Assembly (NCBI GenBank): GCA_951406725.2
Contig: OX597816.1
Span: forward strand, 175,770,001 to 175,834,000
Reading direction: 5' to 3'
Source: Octopus vulgaris
Lineage: Eukaryota
DNA length: 64,000 nt
This document shows, piece after piece, positions 26,866 to 38,309 of the stretch (its first letter is position 1; every line of letters begins with the position of its first letter). Below the pieces are notes generated by a model, which was not told where the DNA came from, made no database searches, and worked only from the letters and a program-made list of their open reading frames with translations. Position numbers and translations under genes: made by a program.

Positions 26866-27959
26866 AAAAATAAGTACATGATACAAAATGCTTCAAGTAA
26901 GATATTGGATCCCTAATACCTACTGCAATTGTGATCTCATTTCATGGACTTTCATATATTACTAACTGCCAAATTTGTGTTCAAAAAAATTTATTCAATA
27001 CCTAAGTTACTTGAAACGACTTCTAACTGCAGGCTAATTCAACTTAAACCATCCACAGGAGTGCGCCATTATAATAAATTACACCATTCAAAGGATGGCT
27101 GCATTTGCTTGTAGTGAATATAGAACAAGATGAGTAAGTGACAGTGAATTGTATATATTGTGAGTATAGATGGTCATCAGCATTATTCCTTTTATTAGCT
27201 CTCCATGCTAGTATGGATGGGTCATCATGGCTTAAGCAATTTCTTATTCAATATTACTGCACTCCTAGATGGATCTGAGGAACACGTATTGCTTTTGTGC
27301 TGGATTTCCACTAGTGGATGCCCTCACTAATATCAACCACTTTACAGGGAGTACTGGGTGCATTTTATTGTGACACCAGCACTAAAGAAGTTATCATATG
27401 TTGAACAAAATTAGACAGATCTCATTAGCCTAAGCTGTCTCTGCTCACCTGACTTCTAATTTACAGAATGCATTTTATTGTGGTACCAGCACATGTGTGG
27501 TTGAGCTGAAAAGGCTATATGTCCATACTAACATAGTCTTCTCTCTTGCATGCTACATCTGATTCCTCTTACATCCAGTTTTCTCCCTTGGTTCATTTGT
27601 ACTGCAATTTTTATATACACAAATCCAGCAGATCATGTTTGCTTGATTTTTGTAGTCTTTGCAAGTCCTCTGCATTCAGAGCCCACACAGTACTCTACTT
27701 TATATACAAGCATTACACAATCTACTCTGAATTCTAAAATACAAATCCTTTCTTACCAGCAGAAGAAATATCCTGCTGAACATTCTCCAACCCATTCTTA
27801 TTCTGGCTACTACACTACTGGAACACTGCTAATTTTGGAACCACCACTGCTAATTAGGTCACTTAGTTAACCAAAGCTAACAGATGCTACATGTTGTGTG
27901 ATTGATTTGATATATATTGGAGACTGTGATTCAACTTTCTTCATAATAATTAATATTGC

Positions 27960-28204
27960 TTGGCTTGTGCATCCGAATGTGGCCGTTGCCAGCGCCGCCT
28001 TGGCTGGCTTCCGTGCCAGTGGCACGTAAAAAGCACCCACCACACTCATGGAGTGGTTGGCGTTAGGAAGGGCATCCAGCTGTAGAAACTCTGCCAGATC
28101 AGACTGGAGCCTGGTGCAGCCCCTGGCTTCCCAGACCCCGGTCGAACCGTCCAACCCATGCTAGCACGGAAAATGGACGTTAAACGATGATGATGATGAT
28201 GATG
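27960..28204 (+). mobile_element. RTE LINE 3'-UTR fragment (or RTE-tail SINE) with (GAT)n tail
   Basis: Reverse complement of about 39931-40220; ends about 50 bp from the scrib PDZ1 exon boundary at 28255. Confidence 0.85.
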
Positions 28205-28254
28205 TGCACTATTAGAAAAGAACAAAGGTGCCGAAATGAAAAATAATATCTTGC

Positions 28255-28377
28255 ATTGTTTTCTGGACAGGATACAGGTTTCTCTCTTGCTACAACTAGT
28301 GTAATATCATAACCACTGTTTTTTAGTACTTCAACAGCTTCATAATGGTCAGCATCAACTAGGTTAAAGCCATTCAC
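28255..28377 (-). CDS. scrib: Scribble exon, PDZ1 C-terminal part; donor uncertain (GC donor after 28255 or GTATCC donor after 28276)
   Basis: tatttccag|GTGAAT... translates VNGFNLVDADHYEAVEVLKNSGYDITLVVAREKP(VSCPENN), continuing PDZ1 in frame. The phase-0 donor candidates just after the domain end are CCT|gtatcctgt and AAT|gcaaga. Confidence 0.88.
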
Positions 28378-29289
28378 CTGGAAATAGAAAAAAAAAAACT
28401 GAAGTATTTTTGATATTCAGAATTGAAATGGTGTGTGTGTGTGTAATAAATGCTTCAATATTTTCATCTTTGAGTGTTCCCTTCTTGTTCTCTTAGCAGA
28501 AAGTTGCCCCCTGTTTGGATTTTATAGTCTTGCAAGCTGCATGGCAACCTCACCAGGGCTGATGACACATAAAACACCCAGTAGCATAAGGAAAAGCATT
28601 CAGTTGTAGAAACCATGCCATAGGATGCCACTGGAACAAGATGCAGTCTTTTGGATCCATCAAATGCTTTCAAACCATCCAATCCTGACAGCATGAAAAC
28701 ATGAACATGAGATGATGAAGATGCTGCTGGTGATTATATACAGTTTAGCTCTCTCCAACTGCTATTTTCGTTTCCTTTGGAGAAATATCAAATGACTTGC
28801 CCAGAATTTTCCCAAATAATATTTCAGCTGCTATTTTGGTTTTCTTTGGAAAAATTTATTTATAGTTTAGTGTTTTATAGTTTAGCTGTGAGAAAAAACA
28901 GGATCCTTTGCATTTTTTACAATTTTGCAGAATTGAAATAAACTGATACTTCCATGCATTACACAGTCATCAGACTTATATAATGACTTATATAATGTTG
29001 GAAGAAAGCCATCACTGCATGGATCTGAGGATTGCACAATGCAGGAAAGTAGGAGATTAGTTCAATATTGTAAAATTGTAAAAATTGCAAATAATAAAAC
29101 GTGAAAAGGAGACTAAGTTCGAATTTCATTGATAAATATATATATATATATATATATATAGTACAAAGTAAGATAGGGGTTATGAATTTAACCCACTATG
29201 GGATATCAGTTATCCAATATGCTGCTGGTAAAGTACCCAAATTCTTAATACATAAATGCTTTTAATTGCAAATGCAATTAACTCCTATA

Positions 29290-29452
29290 GGTGCAGGAGT
29301 GGCTGTGTGGTAAGTAGCTTGCTAACCAACCACATGGTTCCGGGTTCAGTGGCATCTTGGGCAAGTGTCTTCTACTATAGCCCCGGGCCGACCAAAGCCT
29401 TGTGAGTGGATTTGGTAGACGGAAACTGAAAGAAGCCTGTCATATGTATGTG

Positions 29453-29523
<71 letters not shown>

Positions 29524-29727
29524 GTTTTGTCTCCCTAGCATTGCTTGACAACCGATGCTGGTGTGTTTACGTCCCCATCACTTAGCGGTTCGGCAAAAGA
29601 GACCGATAGAATAAGTACTGGGCTTACAAAGAATAAGTCCCGGGGTCGATTTGCTCGACTAAAGGCGGTGCTCCAGCATGGCCGCAGTCAAATGACTGAA
29701 ACAAGTAAAAGAGTAAAGAGAGAGTAA
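29290..29727 (+). mobile_element. SINE family B with internal (TA)n/(TG)n
   Basis: ggtgcaggagtggctgtgtggtaag head, gagtaaa-repeat tail; near-identical to 53233-53614 and 57020-57420. Confidence 0.85.
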
Positions 29728-29869
29728 TTCATTTATTGTATTAAATGGGTGAAGGTAAAAAATATATTTTTACCGTAAATTCAGAATACAAATAAGAAAA
29801 TGGAGAAACAAATATTGTAATATCCCTAAGTTGATGAACGGGATGAATTTGTTTCTCCATTTTCTTATT

Positions 29870-29918
<49 letters not shown>

Positions 29919-29919
<1 letters not shown>

Positions 29920-30290
29920 CTTAGGCATGACTGTGCTGGTAAGAAGCTTGCTTTCCAACCACATAGTTCCAAGTTTACTCCACTGCACGGAACCTTAGAT
30001 AAGTGTCTTCTACTATAGCCTCAGGTTGACCAAAACCTTGTGAGTGGATTTGGCAGACAGAAACTGAAAGAGGCTCTTTGTATACATATATGTGTGTATG
30101 TATGTGTATTTACATCTGTGTTTGTCCCCCACTGCAGCTTGACAACCCTGTAATTTAACAGCTCAGCAAAAGACACCAACATAATAAGTATCAGGCTTAA
30201 AAAAATGTGCTGGAGTCAATTCATCCAACTAAAAAGTCTTTGAGGCTGTCCCAGCAAAACCACAGTCTAATGACTGAAATATGTAAAAAA
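29919..30290 (+). mobile_element. Older SINE family B copy
   Basis: Diverged tandem neighbour of 29290-29727. Confidence 0.7.
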
Positions 30291-30693
30291 GAAAGAGAGG
30301 GAGGGAGAAAGAGGGAAGGAAGGATGTATGTACATTATTTTCTAATGTAGTAACTCTAAAAATAACAGAGATAAATCAAAACAAGTAGTTGCATAAAGCT
30401 CCCTTTGGGATCCAAATTGCCACAGATATCCCAAGGAAATTTATAGTGACCCTGAGAAGCAGTTCTCACCATTGAGCTAATACAGGAGATTATTTAATAA
30501 GCGTTTGGTAAAGCTTGCATATTCAACAAATAAGAACCTGATACAAATAATTATTCTGACAACACCTGTACAATTAGGGAGTTAATGTTTAAAGATACAA
30601 AATACCTAAGCAGAAATAAAATGTCTAACAACAACAATAATGACGGTGATACAAGTAATAAGAATGTGGTGAATAATAATGATGATGATAATA

Positions 30694-30889
30694 ATCCCTT
30701 CTATGCAAGGCATGAAATGTTGGAGAGGGGGATAGTCAATTACATTGACCCCAGTGCCCCACTGGTACTCATTTTATTGACCTGGAAAGGAAGAAAGGCC
30801 TGGAAAGAATTTGAACTTAGAATGTAACAACAGGTGAAATACACTAAACATTTTGTCCAGCATGGTAACAATTCTAGCAGCTCACATTC

Positions 30890-30927
<38 letters not shown>

Positions 30928-31392
30928 CCTTTCTACTAGAGACACAAAACCTGAAATTTGGAGGAGGGTGCTTGTCTATATCAACCTCAGTTTTCTACTG
31001 CTATTTATTCCATGGACCCCAAAAAGATGGAAGCAAAGTTGACCTCAGCAGAATCTAAACTCAGAATGTAAGGATGGATGAAATGCGAAGCATTTTGCTT
31101 GGTGTGCTAACGGTTCTGCCAGCTTGCTGTCTTAATAATAATAGAGTTCTCTGCAGGGTCCTTGAAGCATGATCAATAAACAAGTGATACCTTAGTCTAC
31201 TGGTTGTGGACTGCTGACACTTTCCATCATACCCAACAACATAAAACTGAGATTTTTCATGATATGATAATAATAATAATCCTTTCTACTATAGGCACAA
31301 GGCCTGAAATTTGGTGGAAGGAGATAGTTGATTGCATCGACCCCAATTCTCAACTAGTACTTAATTTATTGACTCCAAAAGGATGAAAGGTA
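30694..31392 (-). mobile_element. Three decayed SINE family A copies, each adjoining (TAA)n
   Basis: Each begins aataatcctttcta... on the plus strand and aligns with the family A reverse complement. Confidence 0.7.
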
Positions 31393-31939
31393 AAGAAAGG
31401 CAGATAGAGAGAGATGAACAAGGGAGGCAGTTATACTGAGAGAAAGAGAGAGAGGGGGGAGAGGTAGATAACATTTGTTATTGTCATCAAACAAACAGCT
31501 GGACTGAAATGAGCTTTTTTACTGAAAATTATAGATGATGGTAGTGGTGGTGATGTGAAAAGTTATAAGGGGAAAATATAATAAATAGAGAAAAAAGGTA
31601 ACACCAATGGAGACATGAGGAAATGAATGTAGATGAACATCAAGCATATTTAAAGAAAGAAAGCTAGACTATGAATGCTATAAAAATTCAAATCACCCTT
31701 TTGTTCTTAAATAGTTCCCCTTAATTTTTTTCATTCAGTGAAATTTACACAAGTCCCACTAGTTATTTCTGAACTAAAATTATCAAATTGTAGAAGTAGG
31801 TTTACACTGAAATGCTTTCATAAACTGAGAAAAACACTTAAATATTTCAATAGTAATAAACCATTAATTTATAATTGCCTGTCCTATAATCTAATATACA
31901 TAATTTTTCTAGTTTTTTGTTTGTGGTAGTTTGCTGTGC

Positions 31940-32553
31940 TTCCCTTGTGACCATTTGCATTTCACAAAAGGATAGTTTTCTTCACATTTTTGCAACAAAT
32001 CGCAGATGGAAATCCATCGGAAAAGGTCAACTTCATTCAATTGATGTGGGACCCAAACATTGAAACATTGAAATGTAACTAAGTTGATGCTGATAGTTTT
32101 CCACACTTGATTTGGATATTTGGAGAATATTTACAATAATCCTGGTTGTATAACAAGAGTTCATGTTGCTGTCAATCTCAGCTGGCCATTCTGAGTAAGA
32201 TGCATCTTGAATGGAAAAATTTCTTCAATAAAATCTTGAAAACCACTTCTGGCACACAGGTTCTGGAACAATATCCTCTCCCTACACGACACATATCTAC
32301 CTGCAGGTTTTGGCCACTTTCTGGCCTTTTTTACAGTAAAAAGCATGAGGTGTTGATAATGTACATTTTGGTTCTCTATTTTCAGGGTGATCTCATGTAT
32401 ATAAAATACAACCTGTCTTGTTGAAATATGTTGAAGTGTCAAAGTATCTAACAAATACACATGTGCAAAGGATAGAGTGTAGTTAGCTACTTGTTGAAGT
32501 GCTCAAAGTTTAGTATTGACAAAAACCAAACAGACTTTTTGGCCAACCCAATA
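31940..32553 (-). mobile_element. mariner transposon 5' fragment
   Basis: TA + ttgggttggccaaaaagt TIR on the minus strand; HTH remnant (CQKWFSR) and WVPHQL motif. Confidence 0.75.
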
Positions 32554-33342
32554 TATATATGTATATATTTACAGAATGTACTAGGTGCCTTTTTTCATGT
32601 CACTGGCACAATAGAAGAGAACAGAGAAAGAAAAGAAGGAAAAGGAGGGAAAAGCTCCCACTACTAAGAAGTATTTGGGAGAGGAAGGTGGAGACAAGTG
32701 GCTGTATGCTAGGAGGAACAAGCACATGTTCCACTGTAGAGGAGATATATGGCTGAAGGAACGAGGAAGGTAGCAATGGGATGCTAGAGCAAATTCTCAA
32801 TGAATAATAAACAAGAAGGTGAGCATAAGAGAGGACATGATGATGATGATAGATTTGACTGATTTTTAATATTTGTTTTTCCATGGAGGCAGGGTTAAAC
32901 AAATACATTACTCATTTACTGAGGTACTGTTTAACAGCTGGATGCTTTTCCTATTGCTAGAAAGGGATCTTTTATTCTTCAAAGGTACACAGTCAGTTGC
33001 AGTTTGTTGAGGGGAGATGAAAACAGTATTGCCACTTGTAGTTCTGCAATTTTTGAGAAATGCAAATGTAAACAGACAGACATATGCTTGCATGCACACG
33101 CGCACACATACACACACACACACACACACACAACAGGCTTTTTTCAGTCTCAGTCTATCAAATCCATCTACAAGTCTTAGGTGAACCTGATGCTACAATA
33201 AAAGACACCTATCCAAGGTGCCAGCTGTGGAAAAAAAGGCACTAACACAAAAATCCTCCATACATACAATATGGAAAAACTGTAAAAGTTGCCTGTGTAT
33301 TAGAATTGGGTATCTAAAAGAATGTTACCAGATAATACTTAC

Positions 33343-33420
33343 AGAAATAAGTTTATCGCCAACACAGACACCACATAGGGCTGCTGGACCAGATTCTGCA
33401 ACTCTTGATATAAAAACGCT
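33343..33420 (-). CDS. scrib: Scribble exon, PDZ1 middle; 26 codons, phase 0/0
   Basis: ttttctccag|AGCGTT...ATTTCT|gtaagt. Translates SVFISRVAESGPAALCGVCVGDKLIS (cf. SCRIB GIFISRVSEEGPAARAGVRVGDKLLE). Confidence 0.95.
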
Positions 33421-33637
33421 CTGGAGAAAATAAGGTAGTAACAAATGCAATAATATTAAGCAATCAAAATTACAATCTACTTATCAAATGCTATTACTTA
33501 AAAGGTATTAACAACATACAAAAAGTTTTTCAAACAGATTCACCATATGGGTTTCGATGCCACTAAGTCATAACAAAATTTGATAATAATAAAAGAAAAT
33601 GAAAGGACACACACACACACAATATATAATATATATA

Positions 33638-34338
33638 CAGTGCTTGCACAAATGAATGGAAACACCTTGAAATTTCAAACAAATTTATTTTAATATGGGG
33701 TAGGACAGCCTTTGGCAGTAACTACACACTGAATTCTATGAGGTATGAACTCATACAAAGTTTGAATTATTTCCAAAGGAATTTTTGTCCATTCTTCAGT
33801 TAAAACAGTCTCCAGTTCTTGTGGTGATGATGGTGAAGCATATCGACTCCTTACTTGTTTTTCTAAAATGCACCATAAATGTTCAGTAAAATTGAGATCT
33901 GGGGACTGTAGTGGCCAGATAAGATGTTCAACTTCACTAGAATGTTCCTCGTACCATTCAGTAACAATTTTAGCTGTGTGAATTGGTGCATTATCATCCT
34001 GAAAGGTTGCATTTCCCCCCAGAAACAGTTCTGCAACCATAAGATGAATTTGATCAGATAAAATGTTTAAATAGTCTTGACCATTAATTCTGCCATGAAA
34101 GGAAACCACTGGGCTGGCAGATTTCCGAGATATAGCTACCCAAATCATCACAGATCCTCCTCCATGTTTAACAGCTGGAAGAAGGCAGTCTAGTCAAATG
34201 CTTCTTTTGGCTGTATCCACATGTATACACAGCCGGTGGTTGGAAATAAAGTAAAGGATTACTAGTCTGAGAAAATAAAAGTCTTCCACTGCTCTAGAGA
34301 CTAATTCTGTAGGTTTTTACTCCACTCTAAACGCATTG

Positions 34339-34340
<2 letters not shown>
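33638..34340 (-). mobile_element. Tc1-like transposon 3' fragment (DDE domain + TIR)
   Basis: ORF 33690-34151: FQDDNAPIHTA, WPLQSPDLNFTEHLW; TA|CAGTG TIR at 33638. Confidence 0.88.
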
Positions 34341-34375
<35 letters not shown>

Positions 34376-34458
34376 AAACATATATGTCACTAAAGTGAAA
34401 AAGAGCTCTAATCAGCAGGGATATTGCAAGACATAAGAGACAAAACAACTCACTAGCT

Positions 34459-34689
34459 ACAGCAAGCACTATGTTAATGACTGACAAGAGAGGCAAGCTC
34501 CCTACATCAGTAGATATAGCCTGATCCTCGATGATGTTACATTTTGATGCGAACTCATTTTAATGCTCATCAGTGGCTCATTAGTGAGAGCCACTGATGA
34601 GCATTAAGATGCATGAGCATCAAAATGAAAAATCATCAATGAACTGGCTGTGTCTGCTGCTTGTCAGTCATTCAGATAGTGATGGCTGT
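34459..34689. repeat. Imperfect about 230-bp palindrome
   Basis: ttaatgctcatcagtggctc / gagccactgatgagcattaa core; aatgactgacaag / cttgtcagtcatt outer arms. Confidence 0.8.
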
Positions 34690-36152
34690 TGACCCAGTAG
34701 AGGGACCAGCGATCCCCATAGTAGATAAAACAACTAAGGGTATGAAGCCAGGAAAAGCCCCCAGCCCATCAGGAATCACTGCTGAGATACTTAAAACATC
34801 TGGTGGTGTGGGCTGTGGCCTAGTCACCCGTATTGTAGACCAGGTAGTTCATGACTGAGTCATACCCAACAACTGGCGTAGCAGCACCATAGTCAACTGC
34901 TACAAGGGTAAAGGTGATGCTCTAGATAGAAATTACAGGGGTATCAAACTGCTGGATCAGGTGATGAAGGTCACGGAGAGGGTCATAGCCCAACTAATTA
35001 GGGAGAGAGTCTGCTAAGATGAGATGCATTTCTGTTTTGTCCCAAGTAGAAAAGCACCACGGATGCCATATTCCTGGTACAGCAACTGCAGGAGAAATAC
35101 TTAGCCAAAGATAAACCCCTATACTTAGCTTTTGTGGACTTGGAGAAAGCCTTTCACTGGGTACCCCAATCCCTTAACTGGTGGGTGATGTGGAAACTGG
35201 AAATTGACGAATGGTTAATAAGGGCTGTACAGGCCCTTTACAGAGAGGCAGTTAGTAAGGTTAGGATTGGCAATGAGTATAGTGAAGAATTCCGGGTAGA
35301 AGTAGGTGTTCACCAAGGCTCAGCCCCCAGTCTCCTTTTATTTATCACAGACCTCCAGGCAATAACAGAGGAATTCAAGACGGGTTGTCCCTGGGAGCTC
35401 TTCTATGCTGATGACCTTGGATCATAGGGCGACTTGCTAACCTTGGATTGTAGGGCAACCTGCTGTGCTTGAGGAGACCTATTCAGTCAAGTACATCAAC
35501 ATCAAAATAACAATCAAATGGATATTGTACTTGTGATACCTGTGCTGGTGGCACGTTGGGCCTCACAGAGGCAATGATGAAAGACCGAGACCCCTGAGAT
35601 ATGCTGTGACTGCGAAGACCCGACAAATGAAGTGAGTTCATGGCTCACAGGATGGCCTGCTGTGCTAACCTTGGATCGTAGAGTGACCCTTTGTTCTTTA
35701 GGAGACCTGTTGAGTCAAGTACATCAACACCAACATCAAAATACAAATGGATAGTGTAGTTGTGGTGCCCGTGACACGTTGGGCCGCACAGTGGAAATGA
35801 TGAAAGACCGAAACCTGAGATATGCTGAAGTCAGTTCATGGCTCGCCGGACGGCCTGCTGTGGTAACCTTGGATCGTAGAGTGACCTGCTGTGCTTGAGG
35901 AGACCTATTGAGTCAAGTTCATCAATATCAAAATAAAAATCAATAGAAATTGCAGTCACGATACCTGTGCCAGTTGTACATAAAAAGCACCCACTACACT
36001 CACGGAGTGGTTGGCGTTAGGAAGGGCATCAAGCTGTAGAAACACAGCGGATCAGACTGGAGCCTGGTGCAGCCTCCTGGGTTCCCAGACCCCAGTCGAA
36101 CCGTCCAACCCATGCTAGCATGGAAAACAGACATTAAATGATGACAATGATG
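34690..36152 (+). mobile_element. RTE LINE fragment: RT to YADD, internal deletion, triplicated 3' segment, (GAT)n tail
   Basis: DLEKAF, GVHQGS, ELFYADDL; repeated aaccttggatcgtag...gagtcaagt units at about 35440, 35667 and 35865. Confidence 0.88.
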
Positions 36153-36169
36153 ATATATATACATATCTA

Positions 36170-36917
36170 CATCATCATCATCATCTTCGTTTAGCGTCCG
36201 CTTTCTATGCTAGCATGGGTTGGACGGTTCAACTGGGGTCTGGGAAGCCAGAAGGCTGCACCAGGCCCAGTCTGATCTGGCAATGTTTCTATGGCTGGAT
36301 GCCCTTCCTAACGCCAACCACTCTGTGAATGTAGTGGGTGCTTTTTACGTGCCACTGGCACAGGTGCCAGATGAGGCTGGCAAACGGCCACGATCAGATG
36401 GTGCTTTTTACGTGCCACCGGCACGAGTCCAGTCAGGGCGGCGCTGGCAACGACCACGTTCGGATGGTGCTTTTTACGTGCCACCGGCACTGGTATCACA
36501 GCTACAATTTCGATTGATGTTGATCGATTTTGATTTTCACTTGCCTCAACAGGTCTTCACAAGTAGAGTTTTGTGTCCCAAGAAGGAAAGGTATCCATAA
36601 GTGGACTGGCTACATCCCAGGTAGAGGCCATGGGTTATGGCCTCACTTGTCCTGCCGGGTGTTCTCAGGCACAGCATACTTCCATAGGTCTCAGTCTCTA
36701 GTCATTTCCTCAGTGAGACCTAAAGTTCAAAGGCCGTGCTTCACCACCTCGTCCCAGGTTTTCCTGGGTCTGCCTCTTCCACGGGTTCCCTCAACCGCTA
36801 GGGTGTGGCACTTTTGCACAACTATCTTCATCCATTCTTGCCACATGACCATACCAGCGCAAACGTCTCTCTTGCACACCACAACTGATGCTTCTTAGGT
36901 CCAGCTTTTTTCTCTCA
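36170..36917 (-). mobile_element. RTE LINE 3' fragment
   Basis: Nearly identical to 46074-46780 (RRLRWYGHVARMDE). Confidence 0.9.
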
Positions 36918-37268
36918 ATGTCATTCAAAAAAGCTGGAGCAGTTGGAATGAGAAACGACACTCTACCCACCATATTCGCTAGACAATGCCCCATCTGATT
37001 ATCATTTATTCGACAGTCTTCAAAATCACTTGGATGGAAAGAATATGAACTCTGTAGACAAGGTCAGAACAGTACTGGAGGAGTACTTTTCACCACAGAC
37101 AATGAATTTTGGAAGAGGTGCCTTGCAAGTCTACCAGATAGATGGAAGAGCATTGCAGAAAATGAAGGAGAGTATATTTTGGATTAAAAAAGAACTTTAT
37201 TCTAATTTTGAAAGATGAAAGACAAAAGAAGTATTAAAAAAATCACATAATTTATGGGCTGACCCAAC

Positions 37269-37270
<2 letters not shown>
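36918..37270 (+). mobile_element. mariner transposon 3' fragment
   Basis: PPYS.D.APSDYHLFDSLQNHLDGK motif, ending in TIR-like tttatgggctgacccaacata. Confidence 0.78.
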
Positions 37271-37311
<41 letters not shown>

Positions 37312-37554
37312 TAAGCACAAAGACACACACATATACTTAAAAAATTATATAAAGCTGGAAAAGGCACAGAAGTATATTTTTGAGTACATTTCAGAACATT
37401 TTCCAACTTTTAATTTTTTTAAATGTAATTTTCAATTTGTATGGACTCCTAACCACTTTTCATCTATCTATATATATATGTATAAAAGCAAATGGTGTAC
37501 AGTGAACTTGCCACAAGGAGTGGAATATCCTATGTTTTGGATTCAATCATTTGT

Positions 37555-37628
37555 CAGGGGACAGAGAAAAAGAGATGGGACAGAGAAAAAGAGATGGGAC
37601 AGAGAAAAAGAGATGGGAAAGAGAAAAA
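37555..37628. repeat. 19-bp tandem minisatellite (gggacagagaaaaagagat) x3-4
   Basis: Directly visible. Confidence 0.9.
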
Positions 37629-37743
37629 AGGATTGAATCCAAAACGTTGGATATTCCATTCCCCACAGCAAGTTCATTGGACCCCTTTCATTTTTTCCAA
37701 TATTTTTTCAAGTCTTGCCAATGCAGAGATACTAGATTATTGC

Positions 37744-37774
<31 letters not shown>

Positions 37775-37917
37775 TATGTATATGTGCCAACTCTGTACAA
37801 GACATTGTAGATCTTTAGCTGGGCTAAAAAGTCACATTCGATCACAGCACCAATAACAGTTAAGCTTCATGCAATGGCCATACTCGATAAAGAGGGGGCA
37901 GCCATGATGATATATAT

Positions 37918-38230
37918 ATATTATATTAAATTAGAGATAAAACCGCTATTAGGCAAATCAAACAGTGAAAAACATAAGCCCCCCCCCCCCCCAAAAAAAA
38001 AGAATTAATAAATAAATTAATTAATAAATAAAATAATATATATATATATAAAAATATACATACATATATATATATTTGTATATATATATTTAAAATTTAT
38101 AAGTTTAAACTATTTAAATAATTTTTTAATTTTTAACTTTTATATTTTTAAATTAATTTTATGTATTGGCTTATGGTTTTCACTGTTTGATTTGCCTAAT
38201 AGTGGTTTTATCTCTAATTTAATATAATAT
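37918..38230. repeat. About 63-bp inverted repeat around an AT-rich spacer (foldback element)
   Basis: 37918-37980 pairs with about 38168-38230, few mismatches. Confidence 0.85.
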
Positions 38231-38309
38231 AATATAATATATTTATACTATAAAATTGGATTTAATCCTAAATCTAATTTTTCCCTGTAAGTTTGGATTT
38301 ATTCCCTAA

